A stretch of DNA of 32,842 bases. It comes from Dirinaria sp. TL-2023a. Its lineage: Eukaryota. A program made the translations under genes and the position numbers. Of the stretch, positions 9,177 through 20,700 are shown one piece after another (positions within the stretch are counted from its first letter, which is position 1; each line of letters begins with the position of its first letter). The notes under the pieces are model-generated. The model was not told the origin of the DNA, searched no databases, and was given only the letters and a program-made list of their open reading frames with translations. The stretch is from the NCBI GenBank assembly GCA_051941275.1, contig JAVEBF010000078.1, positions 1-32,842 of the forward strand. The letters are read 5' to 3'.

Positions 9177-11168
9177 ATGCTCAAGCACCTTCGTGACCTT
9201 TCCCTCCTAATTATTCTGTACATGTTTCTGCGCAATCTCTACCACCGTCCGCTCCAGCCATTCCTCCGCCTTACCCAAATCACTGCCCACATGTCCTCCA
9301 CCGCCACCGCCAATGGCAACTCTGCCAATGGCACCATTATTGGCTCCTCTTTGGCTGACCTCCCGAAATCCAGCATCTTTACCGACTTGCTCCCCTCGGA
9401 CCCAGTATTCAAAACCCCGGCAGACTCACACAATGCTCCTCGCCAAGATCTTGGGCCACGCATGGTCAAAGGCGCTCTTTATACGTTCGTAAGACCAGAG
9501 GAAGCCAAGGACTCAGAATTGCTGGCAGTAAGCCCGGCCGCAATCAAGGACATAGGCTTGAAGGAAGGTGAAGAGACATCGGATGAATTCAAGGCTGCCG
9601 TATGCGGCAACAAGATATACTGGGACCAGCCGTCTGGGCATGGCATATACCCTTGGGCGCAATGCTACGGAGGCTATCAATTCGGATCATGGGCCGGGCA
9701 ACTCGGCGACGGCCGAGCTATCTCCTTGTTCGAATCCACCAACCCGTCCACCCGCACCCGATACGAGATCCAGCTGAAAGGAGCCGGCAGGACGCCGTAT
9801 TCGAGATTCGCCGATGGCAAAGCTGTGCTTCGATCAAGTATCCGCGAGTTCATCGTCTCCGAGGCTCTCAATGCCCTCCATATTCCCACCACTCGCGCTT
9901 TGTCTCTTACTCTACTTCCGAAAGCGCAAGTCCGCCGTGAGCGAATTGAACCTGGCGCCATCGTCTGTCGCTTTGCCCAGTCATGGCTGAGGATCGGCAC
10001 GTTCGACATCATCCGCGCTCGTGGCGACAGAGCTTTGATAAGGAAACTAGCGATTTATGTCGCTGAAAACGTCTATGACGGGTGGTCTTCACTGCCGGCT
10101 GCCCTTGACCAGTCAGAACCTATCAATAAGACCGCTATAAATCCGCCGCGCTCTGTCCCAGAATCTGAACTGCAGGGCAACTCCCCAGCAGAGGAGAACA
10201 GATTTGCTCGTCTTTACCGCGAAATAGTACGCCGCAATGCTTTGACCGTTGGGGCCTGGCAAGCCTACGCTTTCACCAACGGTGTCCTAAATACGGATAA
10301 CACCTCGCTCTTCGGCCTCTCTCTTGACTTTGGCCCCTTTGCTTTTCTCGACAACTTCGACCCATCTTACACCCCCAACCACGACGACCACGCCCTCCGA
10401 TACTCATACAAAAACCAGCCCTCGATCATCTGGTGGAACCTAGTCCGCCTAGGCGAGTCCCTAGGGGAGCTCATTGGTGCGGGCGCGCAAGTCGACGACG
10501 AAGTCTTCATGGAAAAAGGCGTAACAGAGGCTTTCGCACCGGAGCTTATCAAGCGTGCCGAAACCATCATCACCCGTGCCGGCGAAGAATACAAAGCCGT
10601 GTTCATGCACGAGTACACGCGGCTGATGCGAGCCCGTCTGGGGCTAATCTCGGAACAAGCATCCGATTTCGACGAACTCTTCTCGGAGCTGCTGGATACG
10701 CTTGAAGCGCTCGAGTTGGACTTCAATCACTTCTTCCGGCGCCTATCTTCCGTCAAAGCCGCCGAGCTGGAGTCGGAAGACCACCGGAAATACGTCGCTG
10801 GCCGATTCTTCCACTCGGAAGGCGTCACCGGCCTCGGCAATACCGAGGATAACGCTCGCTCACGTATCGCAGCGTGGCTGGAGAAGTGGTGGCAGCGGAT
10901 CCTCAGCGACTGGGGCGAAGGAGGGGATGCGGAACGGGAGAAAGCTATGAAAGCCGTGAATCCGAAATTCGTCGCACGCTCCTGGGTGCTGGACGAGATC
11001 ATCCAGCGTGTGGAGCATGGTGGTGAGCGGGACGTGCTGAAGCGGGCGATGAATATGACTCTGCACCCGTTTGAGGAAGAGTGGGGCGGGGATGCTGAGG
11101 AGGAGAAGAGGTGGACCGGCGATGTGCCAAGGACGAACAGGCAGATGATGTGTAGCTGTAGCTCTTGA
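9177..11168 (+). CDS. FMP40: Protein adenylyltransferase SelO / YdiU (UPF0061) family, Cys-containing, probably mitochondrial
   Basis: Single ORF with AQCYGGYQFGSWAGQLGDGRA, EIQLKGAGRTPYSRFADGKAVLRSSIREF, IPTTRAL, NGVLNTDNTS, DFGPFAF, YSYKNQP and VNPKF, ending in CSCSS. The start could be 9177, 9222 (MFLRNLYHR..., presequence-like) or 9291. Confidence 0.95.
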   Translation: MLKHLRDLSLLIILYMFLRNLYHRPLQPFLRLTQITAHMSSTATANGNSANGTIIGSSLADLPKSSIFTDLLPSDPVFKTPADSHNAPRQDLGPRMVKGALYTFVRPEEAKDSELLAVSPAAIKDIGLKEGEETSDEFKAAVCGNKIYWDQPSGHGIYPWAQCYGGYQFGSWAGQLGDGRAISLFESTNPSTRTRYEIQLKGAGRTPYSRFADGKAVLRSSIREFIVSEALNALHIPTTRALSLTLLPKAQVRRERIEPGAIVCRFAQSWLRIGTFDIIRARGDRALIRKLAIYVAENVYDGWSSLPAALDQSEPINKTAINPPRSVPESELQGNSPAEENRFARLYREIVRRNALTVGAWQAYAFTNGVLNTDNTSLFGLSLDFGPFAFLDNFDPSYTPNHDDHALRYSYKNQPSIIWWNLVRLGESLGELIGAGAQVDDEVFMEKGVTEAFAPELIKRAETIITRAGEEYKAVFMHEYTRLMRARLGLISEQASDFDELFSELLDTLEALELDFNHFFRRLSSVKAAELESEDHRKYVAGRFFHSEGVTGLGNTEDNARSRIAAWLEKWWQRILSDWGEGGDAEREKAMKAVNPKFVARSWVLDEIIQRVEHGGERDVLKRAMNMTLHPFEEEWGGDAEEEKRWTGDVPRTNRQMMCSCSS

Positions 11169-11892
11169 ACGCTTAGATGTATTATGATGCGAATATAATA
11201 TTCTTGTATAATCTTCAAACAAATCCTTGCCTGATTAATCGAAGATTGGAGGACATTGTTCTTCTAACACAAGCATTGGATTCTTATCACAAATCAATCC
11301 ATATTCGTTCACCTTAGCATCCTAACCTGTGAACCGAATCATACTATATTCTCCAGTCATCCAAACGCCTGCTGTCGATCACAGTGCTCTTCATCAAACT
11401 CTTCCCTGCTGATTGAATAGCAACATCCCCAACACTCATCCACCATTGCAATGTGTACTCTAGAAAAGCCATCCAGCATGTTCATTCCCAAGTACATAGT
11501 CTGATTCCCTCCACTGACCTTTACATTCATGAATGAACCCGATCAACCTGAGTCGTTCCACGCATGTTTAGATAGCTTATCTACCAACACACTTCCCCAT
11601 CCTTTATGAAACACGTAGCAGAGACTTCTCTTCAATCGTTCAACATTGAATCAGGTGACCCGATTGCGACATCTGTGTTGGATGTTTCCGCAGCGACTGA
11701 TGAAGTGACAATGTAGTGCATTATTGCAACAGAATTAAGTACACTTTCTTTGTAAAAAATGGGCTGCTACATACAATCTGAGCAGAGCCTTTGAACATAC
11801 CTTATCAATCCGATGACAACATGTAAAAAGGGCCATTGAAACCCACACAGCATGTCAAACAATATTAACTCACATGCTGTTACTCCGTCATG

Positions 11893-14202
11893 TCAATCTT
11901 TGGAACCACCGTGGCGCCGGTATCTACGACGTCTCCGAGACACAGATCTCTTTTCTTCATCCCTCTTGCCGTCGATGAGAATAACGACCCACACTTTCGC
12001 CGCAACAGCGTTCCTGACCGCGCAAGCTACACAAGTTTTGCGGTCCGCAATCACCGCCGACAGCCCCATGTACGAGCACCAAGCTCTCGCGAAGACATCG
12101 TTATCCTGTCTGCCAAGCGCTTGCACCACAAGTATCTCTTTCTTGTTGAAGAGCTCAGGCCACTGGACGCGGTGCTTGCAATTTTCACTACGCATGTCGA
12201 GAGGGCACACGCAGCATCCGGACCAGAAGTTCAAGCGCCAGATGCGGTCCACAGGCACCGCAACGGGAGCATAAGTGCGGTGGAGAATGTGGGGCCCTGA
12301 TTTACAGGGCGGAGCGGAGATGAAGGAAACGTTGTACCGGAGGCGAATCGGTATGCTGGTGGTGAAAAACCCCCGTACAGTGAAAACGACACAAGCGTCA
12401 TAAATGATGCTTCGAATTCTAGAATCGTATTCGGCGGGTTTGAACTCGAGCCGTTGAAAGCGGATGTTGTCGGCGGCGTCTGTCTTTATCATTGGGAAAC
12501 CAAATTCTCTGACCGGATAGTCCTCAGCTTCAGGTCCTCTGGCGTCGCTTCGGTGAAGCATGTTCTCGATGTCATCCTGATCTACAGTTTGATACGGACG
12601 GTACTGGTTGATTGCGGCGCACTGATTGAGGGCTAAATTCGAAGAGTAGGGAACAGGCCCAACCCAGCCAGCGACCTGATTGACCCCTTGGGCAGCCGCC
12701 ATAACCTTAGCAACAATACATTCCCAGTACCAGTAGCTTGAGCGGTGGTATTGGAACCCGAAGCTCGGAAGGGAAGAAGTGAACCCTTTCAGGAATCTTG
12801 ATGCGTCGACATCACAGTCGATAAGACTACCCATCAACGCCCACGAGAGGAAATTCCCAGGTACTACAAGTCCGGACAGTAGAGTCATTACCATGAAGCT
12901 GCGCTCTTCCAGTGGGTGGTCTCTTTCCTGAAGAGTATCTTCGACATTCTCCATCCGAGGCCATTTGAGCTGCGAGGCAAAGTTCCAAAGCATGTCTAAT
13001 TGCCTCGTTCGGCTGTGAAGCCGAATCGTGAAAGGGCCGAGAACGCGATCTTGGTTCCTGCGGGAGACTCTCTGAATGGAACAATTTTCTCTCCAGAGTT
13101 GTGCCATGGCTACAGACCAAGCTACACGCTCTGGAAGTCGGCTGAAGAGCATCCTCTGGTAATCTTCACTGAGGTCCGACTCTTGTATATTCATCAAAAG
13201 CTGCATGCTTAGCATTAGCTGATGGAAAAAGATATGAGCAAGAGTCTCTTTTTCGGAGTAGAAATAGGAGGCAACTGTTTGATCTTCCGCTCGCTGAAAG
13301 TCGAACCAGCGTGGAGAGTTCAAAACTTCTGCCAGCGCAAAGATCTGCCGTTCAATATCCGGTGGTTCGCTAAGAACAGCAGCTTGGTCATAGACCAAGT
13401 TTCTGTAAAGATATTTTTGAGCAAATGCAGGCTGGATTTACATCTGTCAGCTACAAATCCCTAATTCACGAACGACGAGGCTTACATCGTCATCCAAGCC
13501 GCCTCGCAGATAGCAGAGCCGCTCCAAAACCTTCTGCAATGTCATCTCTCTGCGAGTGACCGAACTAAGCAGAGTCTGATCGACACGACGGCGAGCAATC
13601 GAGCCGACATAGCGATTTAGTGTGATTGAGCCTGGAACGCTTCCAAAGCACAAGGACATGCTTGGCTGCTCGAGGGTCTCCCAAGGCCGATCACTGTCGA
13701 CATTGGCCCCCAGCACCAAGGACTGGCCTAGAGATGGACGTGAGGTAGCGGGGCGCTTAGGGTCCTCACTGCTGTTGGAAGTGTCCGCGAAAGCAAAATA
13801 CCGCTTATGTTCCTCGATGATGTGATCAGCCTGAGCCACAAACCCTTCGAAGAACAATGCCCCTGATGCGATCAAGGTCTGGGCATCCTCAGGAGTCAGA
13901 TGAGATCTGAAGTTAAGGCCATCAGGAGGCCAAACAGGCTCATCTATAGATGCCTGAGAATCTGGCTTTGAGTTTGATACAACGGTGTGTTGCTTCTCGC
14001 TTGGTGTGTTGTTGGATGAGTGCGGGGCATGATCGTGCTTGAAAAGAGTGCTCAAGGCGAAAGACGCACGGTCTTTGCGTTTCAAGACAGGATGACGAGT
14101 GACTACTCTGGCATGTTCCCTACGCTGATAAACTCTTAGGATCGGTCTTAACTTTGCATCTGATGGCTCTGTACGTACCTTGGAAGAATGAGAATCAGTC
14201 AT
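11893..14202 (-). CDS. Protein of unknown function (~751 aa, 2 exons) with C-terminal Cys motifs and a basic tail
   Basis: Exons 14202-13486 and 13431-11893 are joined by a 54-nt GTAAGC..GCTGAC..CAG intron in phase 0 (LRGGLDDD|PAFAQKYLYRNL). The C-terminal region has FISAPPC..GPH, GCCVCP, ARAWCSYMGLSAVIAD and TCVACAVRNA, followed by SRRRRRYRRH. Confidence 0.85.
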
Positions 14203-15142
14203 GTTATGTTGATCGTATGATCAAAAATTTCAGGCTGTAAAAGCCTTTCAAGGAGCACACTATAGAAGAACTTCAAAATACGAAGCAATGAGGGAGAAAC
14301 TCCCTCGAAGCCAGTATAAATTGGTATGCTGCAAAAGCTAGAATTGAATGCGAGTGAGCGGATGATGTTGGTGAGAAGATAACCGACCTGATAAAACCAC
14401 AGAAGATCAATCCAACTAAAATCGTTTAGTTAGTGCGATTAGACTAAGTCTTAGCTCAAGCCTCTAGGGCAAGGAATTTGTCAAATGCATCCTTCACAAA
14501 TCTATCCAGCATTATTCGGCTCTGTCACTATGAACGTCCATGGAAATGGATCACAAAAATCCTTGCAACGGTACTATCCTATGACTATAAGGGTAGCAAA
14601 CCACATGAATCCTAGTCTTTCAACAGAGGTAAGAATGTTCTTGTGTGGAATCGATACTAAATCATTACCAACGACAAGTCTCTGGGGACTATCGTGAGAA
14701 TGGAAGTGAGCAACTGCGATATGCATCATTACAACCTATGAGCAAGGCTTGCGGACGCCGAGTGCTCTCGAATAATAGCCAGAGGAGCAGATCAGTACAC
14801 CGTGTGCGGACGAACCACATTGCGACTGGAGTCCTTCAAGGAGCCTAACTCGGCGTCAATGCAAGGAAATGTTCCGGATGATGCAGACTCATGGATGAGC
14901 ACGCAAATGTAAGTGACGAAGGCCTCTTACCCGCTCTCTGAGTTTTCAAGCTTTTCAAATGCATACTCTCCGTAGCTTACAATTAATTCTTGCTTACGCA
15001 GTCGTAGGCCCAAAAGTTTTGCTAACCATGTGATTATTGTCGGGAGCCTAAAGGACGGCATCCACGGAAATAGATCATAGTATCGTTATCAGAGCAACTC
15101 TGACGCTTCTATGGCCCAGCATCGTCGGTAGGCAGGTAAATC

Positions 15143-17676
15143 TTACTGCTCCCACGAAGTTTCTTGAAGGATAGCATGCTGCTGAATAGGATTCGCGCCT
15201 CTAATTTGGCTAGAGAAGTTGGAAGAATGATTGGGATTGAGCTCCTTTCCCTCTTCTTGGAAAGCACCATGATACTGAATATTGTCAGTAGGATTTGTGC
15301 GTGGGAATATAAAGTCTGGCATACTTTGAAACCAAAATTAAGACAAAGTGCCACGACGAGTCCAACACAAACGACAATGGGGCCAACCACGTTGTCGAAA
15401 TCCTTGCCACTTCTCGCGCGAATCATACGATTTCGTACTTGATACATATACAAACCCCAAAGCCCCGCAAAGGCAGCCACTAAGGTGTATACCACGGCAA
15501 GCCCTCGAGCTACCTTGTTGTCCTTCCCAGCCGCATTGAAAAGGCCAAGAGATAACGATGCGAGCAATATAGAGATGTGCTGCCACTTGATGAAGGTTCT
15601 CTGATTTGCAAGCCAAACTTTCGGTTCCACGCGGACATTACCAGAATCTTTGATCAACTGGCTAGGCTTATGAACGCCTGGCGGCAATTTAACCGGCTGC
15701 CGCCGTTGTGCGCGGGCATATTTCGAATTTGAAAAGGCCGGAAGAATGGACCGCAGGCCTGAAGCTCTTCCCACGGTGGCTTCCAATGTCTGGTCTGCAT
15801 CCTCGTCGGAGTCTCGCTCCTCGGTAGCCTGCTCCATCCCTGCATTGTCTACCTTTTCCGTGGACGCTGTGAACTGTTTACTGGCAGGTGAGCCAACGGC
15901 AGCACTGAAAGAGGACGCGGACTTAGTTCCTAGCAAGCTTCCGACACGCATGTCATCCTCTGCCTGTTTGGCCTTCTTCTCTTGCTCCTCTCGAAATGCA
16001 TCGTTCGGATCCTTTCTAATATCTGTTTCAAGATCACTCAACCAGAATGGGAAGCTGTTCACATAATCTTCAAAGAGCTGAGCGACGCCATGTACAAACT
16101 TGGAAAATTTAGGCGCTTCCTTAACCAGGTGTGAAGACATCAAGTCCGAGAGCCATTCATTCCGCTTCTTGCTGCCATCGTCTTTTACCTTGATCTCGAG
16201 TAGTGCGAACGGAAAACGTACAATTTCTCCTCTTTTTAATTCGGGGAACGGATATTCCATACCCGCGTTGTCAATATCAGTACGATGCCATTCTTCGGGG
16301 ATGCGGCACGGTCTATCTTCATCCAAAGCGTCTTCGCGGATGAAAGTCACGTCCGTGTCAAGGGATATCCTGATCCGGTCGTCTCCTGGAACTTGGAAAG
16401 CGGTACGTGTATAATTCGCTCTGAGGACAGGCTGCAAGTCAAATTGCTTGATGAACTCCAAGATTTCATCAACTTTGGACTTGAATTCCACAACTGGCCT
16501 AGAGTTAGAGCCTTCCCGAGCACTGAGTTTCTCAATGCTCTTCTCCATGCCATATTTCCCAGCGATAAAGGCTTGCACATATTTGTCTTTGATCGGAAAC
16601 CGTATCTCGCTACTACGATCGTCTTTGATGGTCTTCTTCTCAACGACTATTTCGGGTTTTTCTTTGAGCCGTCCATACCACCTAAGCCGCAACGATGCGT
16701 CATCGGATGCCTTGTCGAGTTTCTTATTGTAGAGAGCGAAGTCTTGATTGTCAAAGTACAAAGAGGTAATACTCGGATCAGATTGGCTCCCATCCACCAC
16801 CTTCGCCGACTGCGGGTTGTATACGAGGACTGGCAAGCGCCGGAGAATGTAGGTCTTCGCCTCAAGAATATTCTCAGGATGGACCCAGACTGCAGGCCAA
16901 GTTAGCCTGGACCAGTGAGAAAAAGGAACCAGGCATACATTTGTGGGACTTGTAACCGTCTCCACCGTTCTTCGTATCAGGAACGGATGATGCTCTGTGG
17001 TGGTCACCGCCTAGCCTTTGCCTAACAAAAGAGTACATTGCGGACAATCTGCATAGTTGAATTGCTTCAGTACCGATTATCGTGCTATCGGGTTCGTGCT
17101 CTTGACTCACCTGTAGAGTAGCGGAGAATAGTCCTCCGAATTGAACGGCAGTGCAGCCAGCCTGACCTGTAACAGAGGACGGACCTTGTACTGCGAGCCA
17201 CGCCTTCGATCATGCTTCTTTGCAGCTTTCAAAAAGCCGGTGTAGTTTATCCGACTGTACTTTTCAAGCCTGTTAATCTCTTCAGTTATACCGTTCAGCT
17301 CTTCGAGAACGCCTTGTAAGGAGCTCTTCATGGCATCGTTCTCGGCTTGATTGTCGGCTGCCTCGGCCGATTGGCTATCATTTGACCCGTTGAATGCCTC
17401 GAGCTTCGCCTCGCATTCGGATGTACGCTCACGGAGGCGGTCAATGGTCTCTGAATGGAAGCCATTGACCTTTTCCAATTGGACATTGACCAGCTCTTCG
17501 ACAAAAGCACTTTCATCGTCCTCGGTCCATTCTTTCGCAATAGTACCGGTCTTGGAGCTAGAAGGGTTCGGTTCGGCCTCATCTTCCCGCAACAGCCGTT
17601 TCAACTTCTTGTAATCAATATAATGGGATTTCCAGGGCTCATAGATGGAATTTTCCAAGGTCTTTGCGAAACGCAT
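15143..17676 (-). CDS. VTC2/VTC3: Vacuolar transporter chaperone subunit Vtc2/Vtc3 type (SPX, VTC/TTM and DUF202 TM domains), ~790 aa
   Basis: Exons are 17676-17111, 17048-16939, 16889-15325 and 15274-15143. The SPX domain has MRFAKTL...YIDYKKLK and INYTGFLKAAKKHD. The VTC domain has HKFWVHPEN, SITSLYFDN, LRLRWYG, YTRTAFQ, RISLD and PKFSKFVHG. The membrane domain begins at VEPKVWLANQRTFIKW and has three hydrophobic segments. KFWVH rather than TTKYWVH favours the non-catalytic Vtc2/3 type over Vtc4. Confidence 0.93.
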
Positions 17677-17940
17677 AATTTCTGCAGACGTGTGTACAGT
17701 TCTGAGGTCAATTGACACTGAGAAGAGCCGGAGTAAAGATAAAATCAAGAATACTGTACGGCATGAATTTCACAGCAAATGAATAATAATTGAGACAATG
17801 AAAGAAGGTACGAGTACGTCTGCTTTGCCTAGACAGACAGCGGCGGGAAAGCCGACTAGCGTGGAAGATAGCAGTCGAGGCAGTCAAAGGAGCTAAGATA
17901 ACCGGACTCAGATGAACCGGATGCCATCTATCGCTCCGCT

Positions 17941-18080
17941 CCTAAGTACCTTAGGTAGGTAGTACCGAGGCACTACAGTAACTAGTAGTACCTATCTTAT
18001 CTACCTAGCTCCTAGGTACGATTACAGAGCACCGGTGCAAGTGCTTAGTAGTAAGAGTCCCGAAGGGAAGATAGGTACCC
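17941..18080. promoter_or_regulatory. TACC/GGTA-rich palindromic cluster in the divergent Vtc/Nudix promoter
   Basis: CCTAAG-tac-CTTAGG at 17941-17955, TACCTAG-ctc-CTAGGTA at 18002-18018, TACAGTA at 17974-17980, and several further AGGTA/TACCT copies. Confidence 0.4.
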
Positions 18081-18186
18081 TCACTCCCTCATACGTTACT
18101 TGAGTGATGTAAGATTGAAAGGCTCAGGTCCTTATTCTCCGCATACCATTTTGATCACATCAATCGATTCATGGCTGGCGAGATCC

Positions 18187-19585
18187 ATGGAGCGACTGTC
18201 ATCACCGCAACTTGCCCCAGAACCGTACCTTGACCCCATGCTCTGGCGCCAGCTGAGGGACTGCTTGCGCTTCCTACAAACCAACAAGTACCCTCACATA
18301 CCTAATCCACCATCTTGCAAGAAAAGAGCGTCGGTCGCCCTCATAATCCGATTTCGCCCTCCTCTCGCTGTTCCCGCGGTCTTTGATTCAAAAAGCTGTG
18401 GGCCATCCTTACCGTCCGCCACAGAACGCTTGGAGAACTTCTTCGCACAGCAATGGGTTCAGCAAGGGGAGCCAGAGATCCTGTTCATCAAGCGTGCGTC
18501 AAGAGCCGGCGACAGATGGACAAGCCATGTGGCGTTTCCTGGTGGAGGAAGAGAGCCCGGGGATGAAGATGATTGCGCTGCAAGTGTCCGAGAAACTCGA
18601 GAGGAAATCGGGCTTGATTTGATTACCGACCATTGCATCACGATTGGGAATCTGCCAGAGCAGCTGGTGACGACATGGTGGTCTAAGCAACCGTGAGTCT
18701 CGGCCTCGGCTTGCATCAGCTGGGCATTTTCTAATCGAGGATTGTCTTAGACTCATGATCTTATGTCCCTTTGTACACCTGCTTTTGCGGCCAGACAATC
18801 CGTCCTTGATGTTGCAGCCATCGGAGGTAGGTTCAGCCCATTGGGTCCCTGTACGTGCCTTGATGAGCCCTCACTTGAGGACGTTCGAACGAAGCGATGT
18901 CTCGGATCGTTTCTTCCCTCGAGGGAACCATGTGATGAAAAGCATCCTAAGGGTCATGGTCGGCCAACTTTTATTTACAGCGAGGAGACTAGTTCCTACC
19001 GAAAGTACCTACAGCCGCTCGATCTCTAACTACGCTCCGCCAAATGCGCAAGCACTGTCGCAAAGATCGAACCCTGTTCACAAGTTGAATCGAATATGGC
19101 AAGGGTCAGAAACGCTGGTATCATACAAAGAGCCGCCGTTGATACTCTGGGGATTGACGTATGGCATACTGGCGAACTTCCTCGGTCTGATGCCTTCGGA
19201 CGATCAGACCAAAATGTGGGACTGGCCAACCTTGAGTTCTTGGGATGTCCGGCTAGTCATCTGGCTCACGACATACAAATTCAGGGCAAGCAAAATGAGA
19301 AAACTGATCAACCCTGCCAGTGCAGCCGGACAAATAAAAGAGCCTCAAGTTGGAGCCAGTCTCGATAGTATGGACAACTCAACGTTCACCGCTTCGGATG
19401 CAACGAGTGTGCAAAATAAGAGGCCCACCTCGCTTGACACGGTGGGAGACATGCTTGATGGCTACTTTGAACGTCTAAGAATCGCTATTTGGATCGCGCT
19501 TGCTTTACGTGTCAGTGCAAGCACAATAACCGCCTTGTTACTTTTCCGCCGCTATCGAAATCGGGGGCAGAGGGCCCACCTCTGA
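18187..19585 (+). CDS. Nudix hydrolase, CoA-pyrophosphatase-like (Pcd1/NUDT7-8-related), ~446 aa, with a C-terminal TM segment
   Basis: Exons 18187-18692 and 18751-19585 are joined by a GTGAGT..CTAAT..TAG intron. The Nudix box is G-REPGD-E-DDCAASV-RETREEIGL, preceded by RASVALII and LFIKRA...WTSHVAFPGG. Later motifs are LQPSEV and ILWGLTYGIL, and the tail IAIWIALALRVSASTITALLLF is hydrophobic. Confidence 0.9.
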
Positions 19586-20700
19586 AAAGGCAATTATTTA
19601 CACCCTATCAAACCTTATAAAGTTGAAAGATGATTGTGAGCGATTTAGATGCGAAAGCTCCTTCCAAGTGTTGTTTCGGCCTGAACCGATAACATGTGAG
19701 GAAGCCAGAGCGCAATGACCGGAACACGTAATGCTGCTGGGGAACCAGAACTCGCCCAAACCGACCATGAGATTTATGGAGTGATCAGCCAGTCTATGGT
19801 CCTCGTAGAGGTGGTTTGCTAAGCTACTAAAGCAGACAGCTGATGCAACTATGGCTGCGGGATCATTGACAAGCTTGTTTCCTTGCGAGATCAGCACGAC
19901 AGAGCCTGGTGAGTCCTTCGCGATTACGGGAAGTTGACGAAAATATAATTCGACCAACGAGGATCAATGGCAATTTTGGTAATAAGACTGCTCTAACAAC
20001 GGTCAGTTGTTGGTCTAACCAGCCAGTCGTTGGATCTTTGATTCATGGCTGCATAGCTCAGAGCCGTCAGAACAACCAAACCATCCAGTCTCTTTGCTTC
20101 CTCTGGAATATCAAGCCTCAAGCTTCCCAATCTCTTTATTGATTTCAGAATTCGTGAAAGCGCCATAAGCGAATAAGAAGTCGAGCTCGAGTTCCGCTAT
20201 AGGGCATGATCTATATCCAGAATATACAGATATTGTAGTTCTGCCCAGATCTGTGTAATATTCCAGGTCCGTGGGGGAAAAAGGGGGAAGTTTGGCTGCC
20301 AAGCCAAACCCTCTGCATAAAGTAATCTGAAGGCTCTCCATGGTCGTTGAAGTGCGATACTCCCATCAGGGTCAGTTGGCGTTTGGGTTGGACAAGATGA
20401 TGTGAAATGCGTTCCAAAGCCTTGCTTTGGTATGACTATGACTCAAGCATGTGCAGTACCAGGGGTGCCTCGTGAGCACTGAAATGGTGCCAGTCTCCAA
20501 ATATGGCTACGTACCATCCAAAAATCTTAAAAGCTGGAGAAAATCTGCTACGGGACAGACCAACGGAAATCTCAATGCTTCGTATGATCATACGTTTCTA
20601 TGTCAGTTTCAGATCTGTGATGTCACCTGTCTGAGCTACAGTACGTGAATCTGAAGTAGAAGTGGTCTATGGATTAGCCATTTTCTTACTATCTGCCTTC

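Noticed and set aside
11148..11230. TGA at the end of SelO as a possible selenocysteine codon
   Set aside because: The position equivalent to vertebrate Sec (third from the end) is already Cys in CSCSS. The TGA follows the normal terminal SS and is quickly followed by an in-frame TAG, and I saw no SECIS-like hairpin.
15109..15324. Extra hydrophobic C-terminus of the 632-aa Vtc ORF
   Set aside because: It results from reading through the GTATGC..CTGAC..CAG intron at 15324-15275. The spliced product ends at 15143.
5176..17715. Many 60-200 aa ORFs antisense to or overlapping the main genes (e.g. 6198-6746, 10727-11218, 16285-16905)
   Set aside because: These are shadow ORFs expected opposite GC-rich coding sequence, and they have no independent motifs.
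19598..20650. Short minus-strand ORFs between the Nudix gene and the membrane-protein gene
   Set aside because: I could not assemble a consistent spliced model or recognise a domain. A degenerate relic cannot be excluded.
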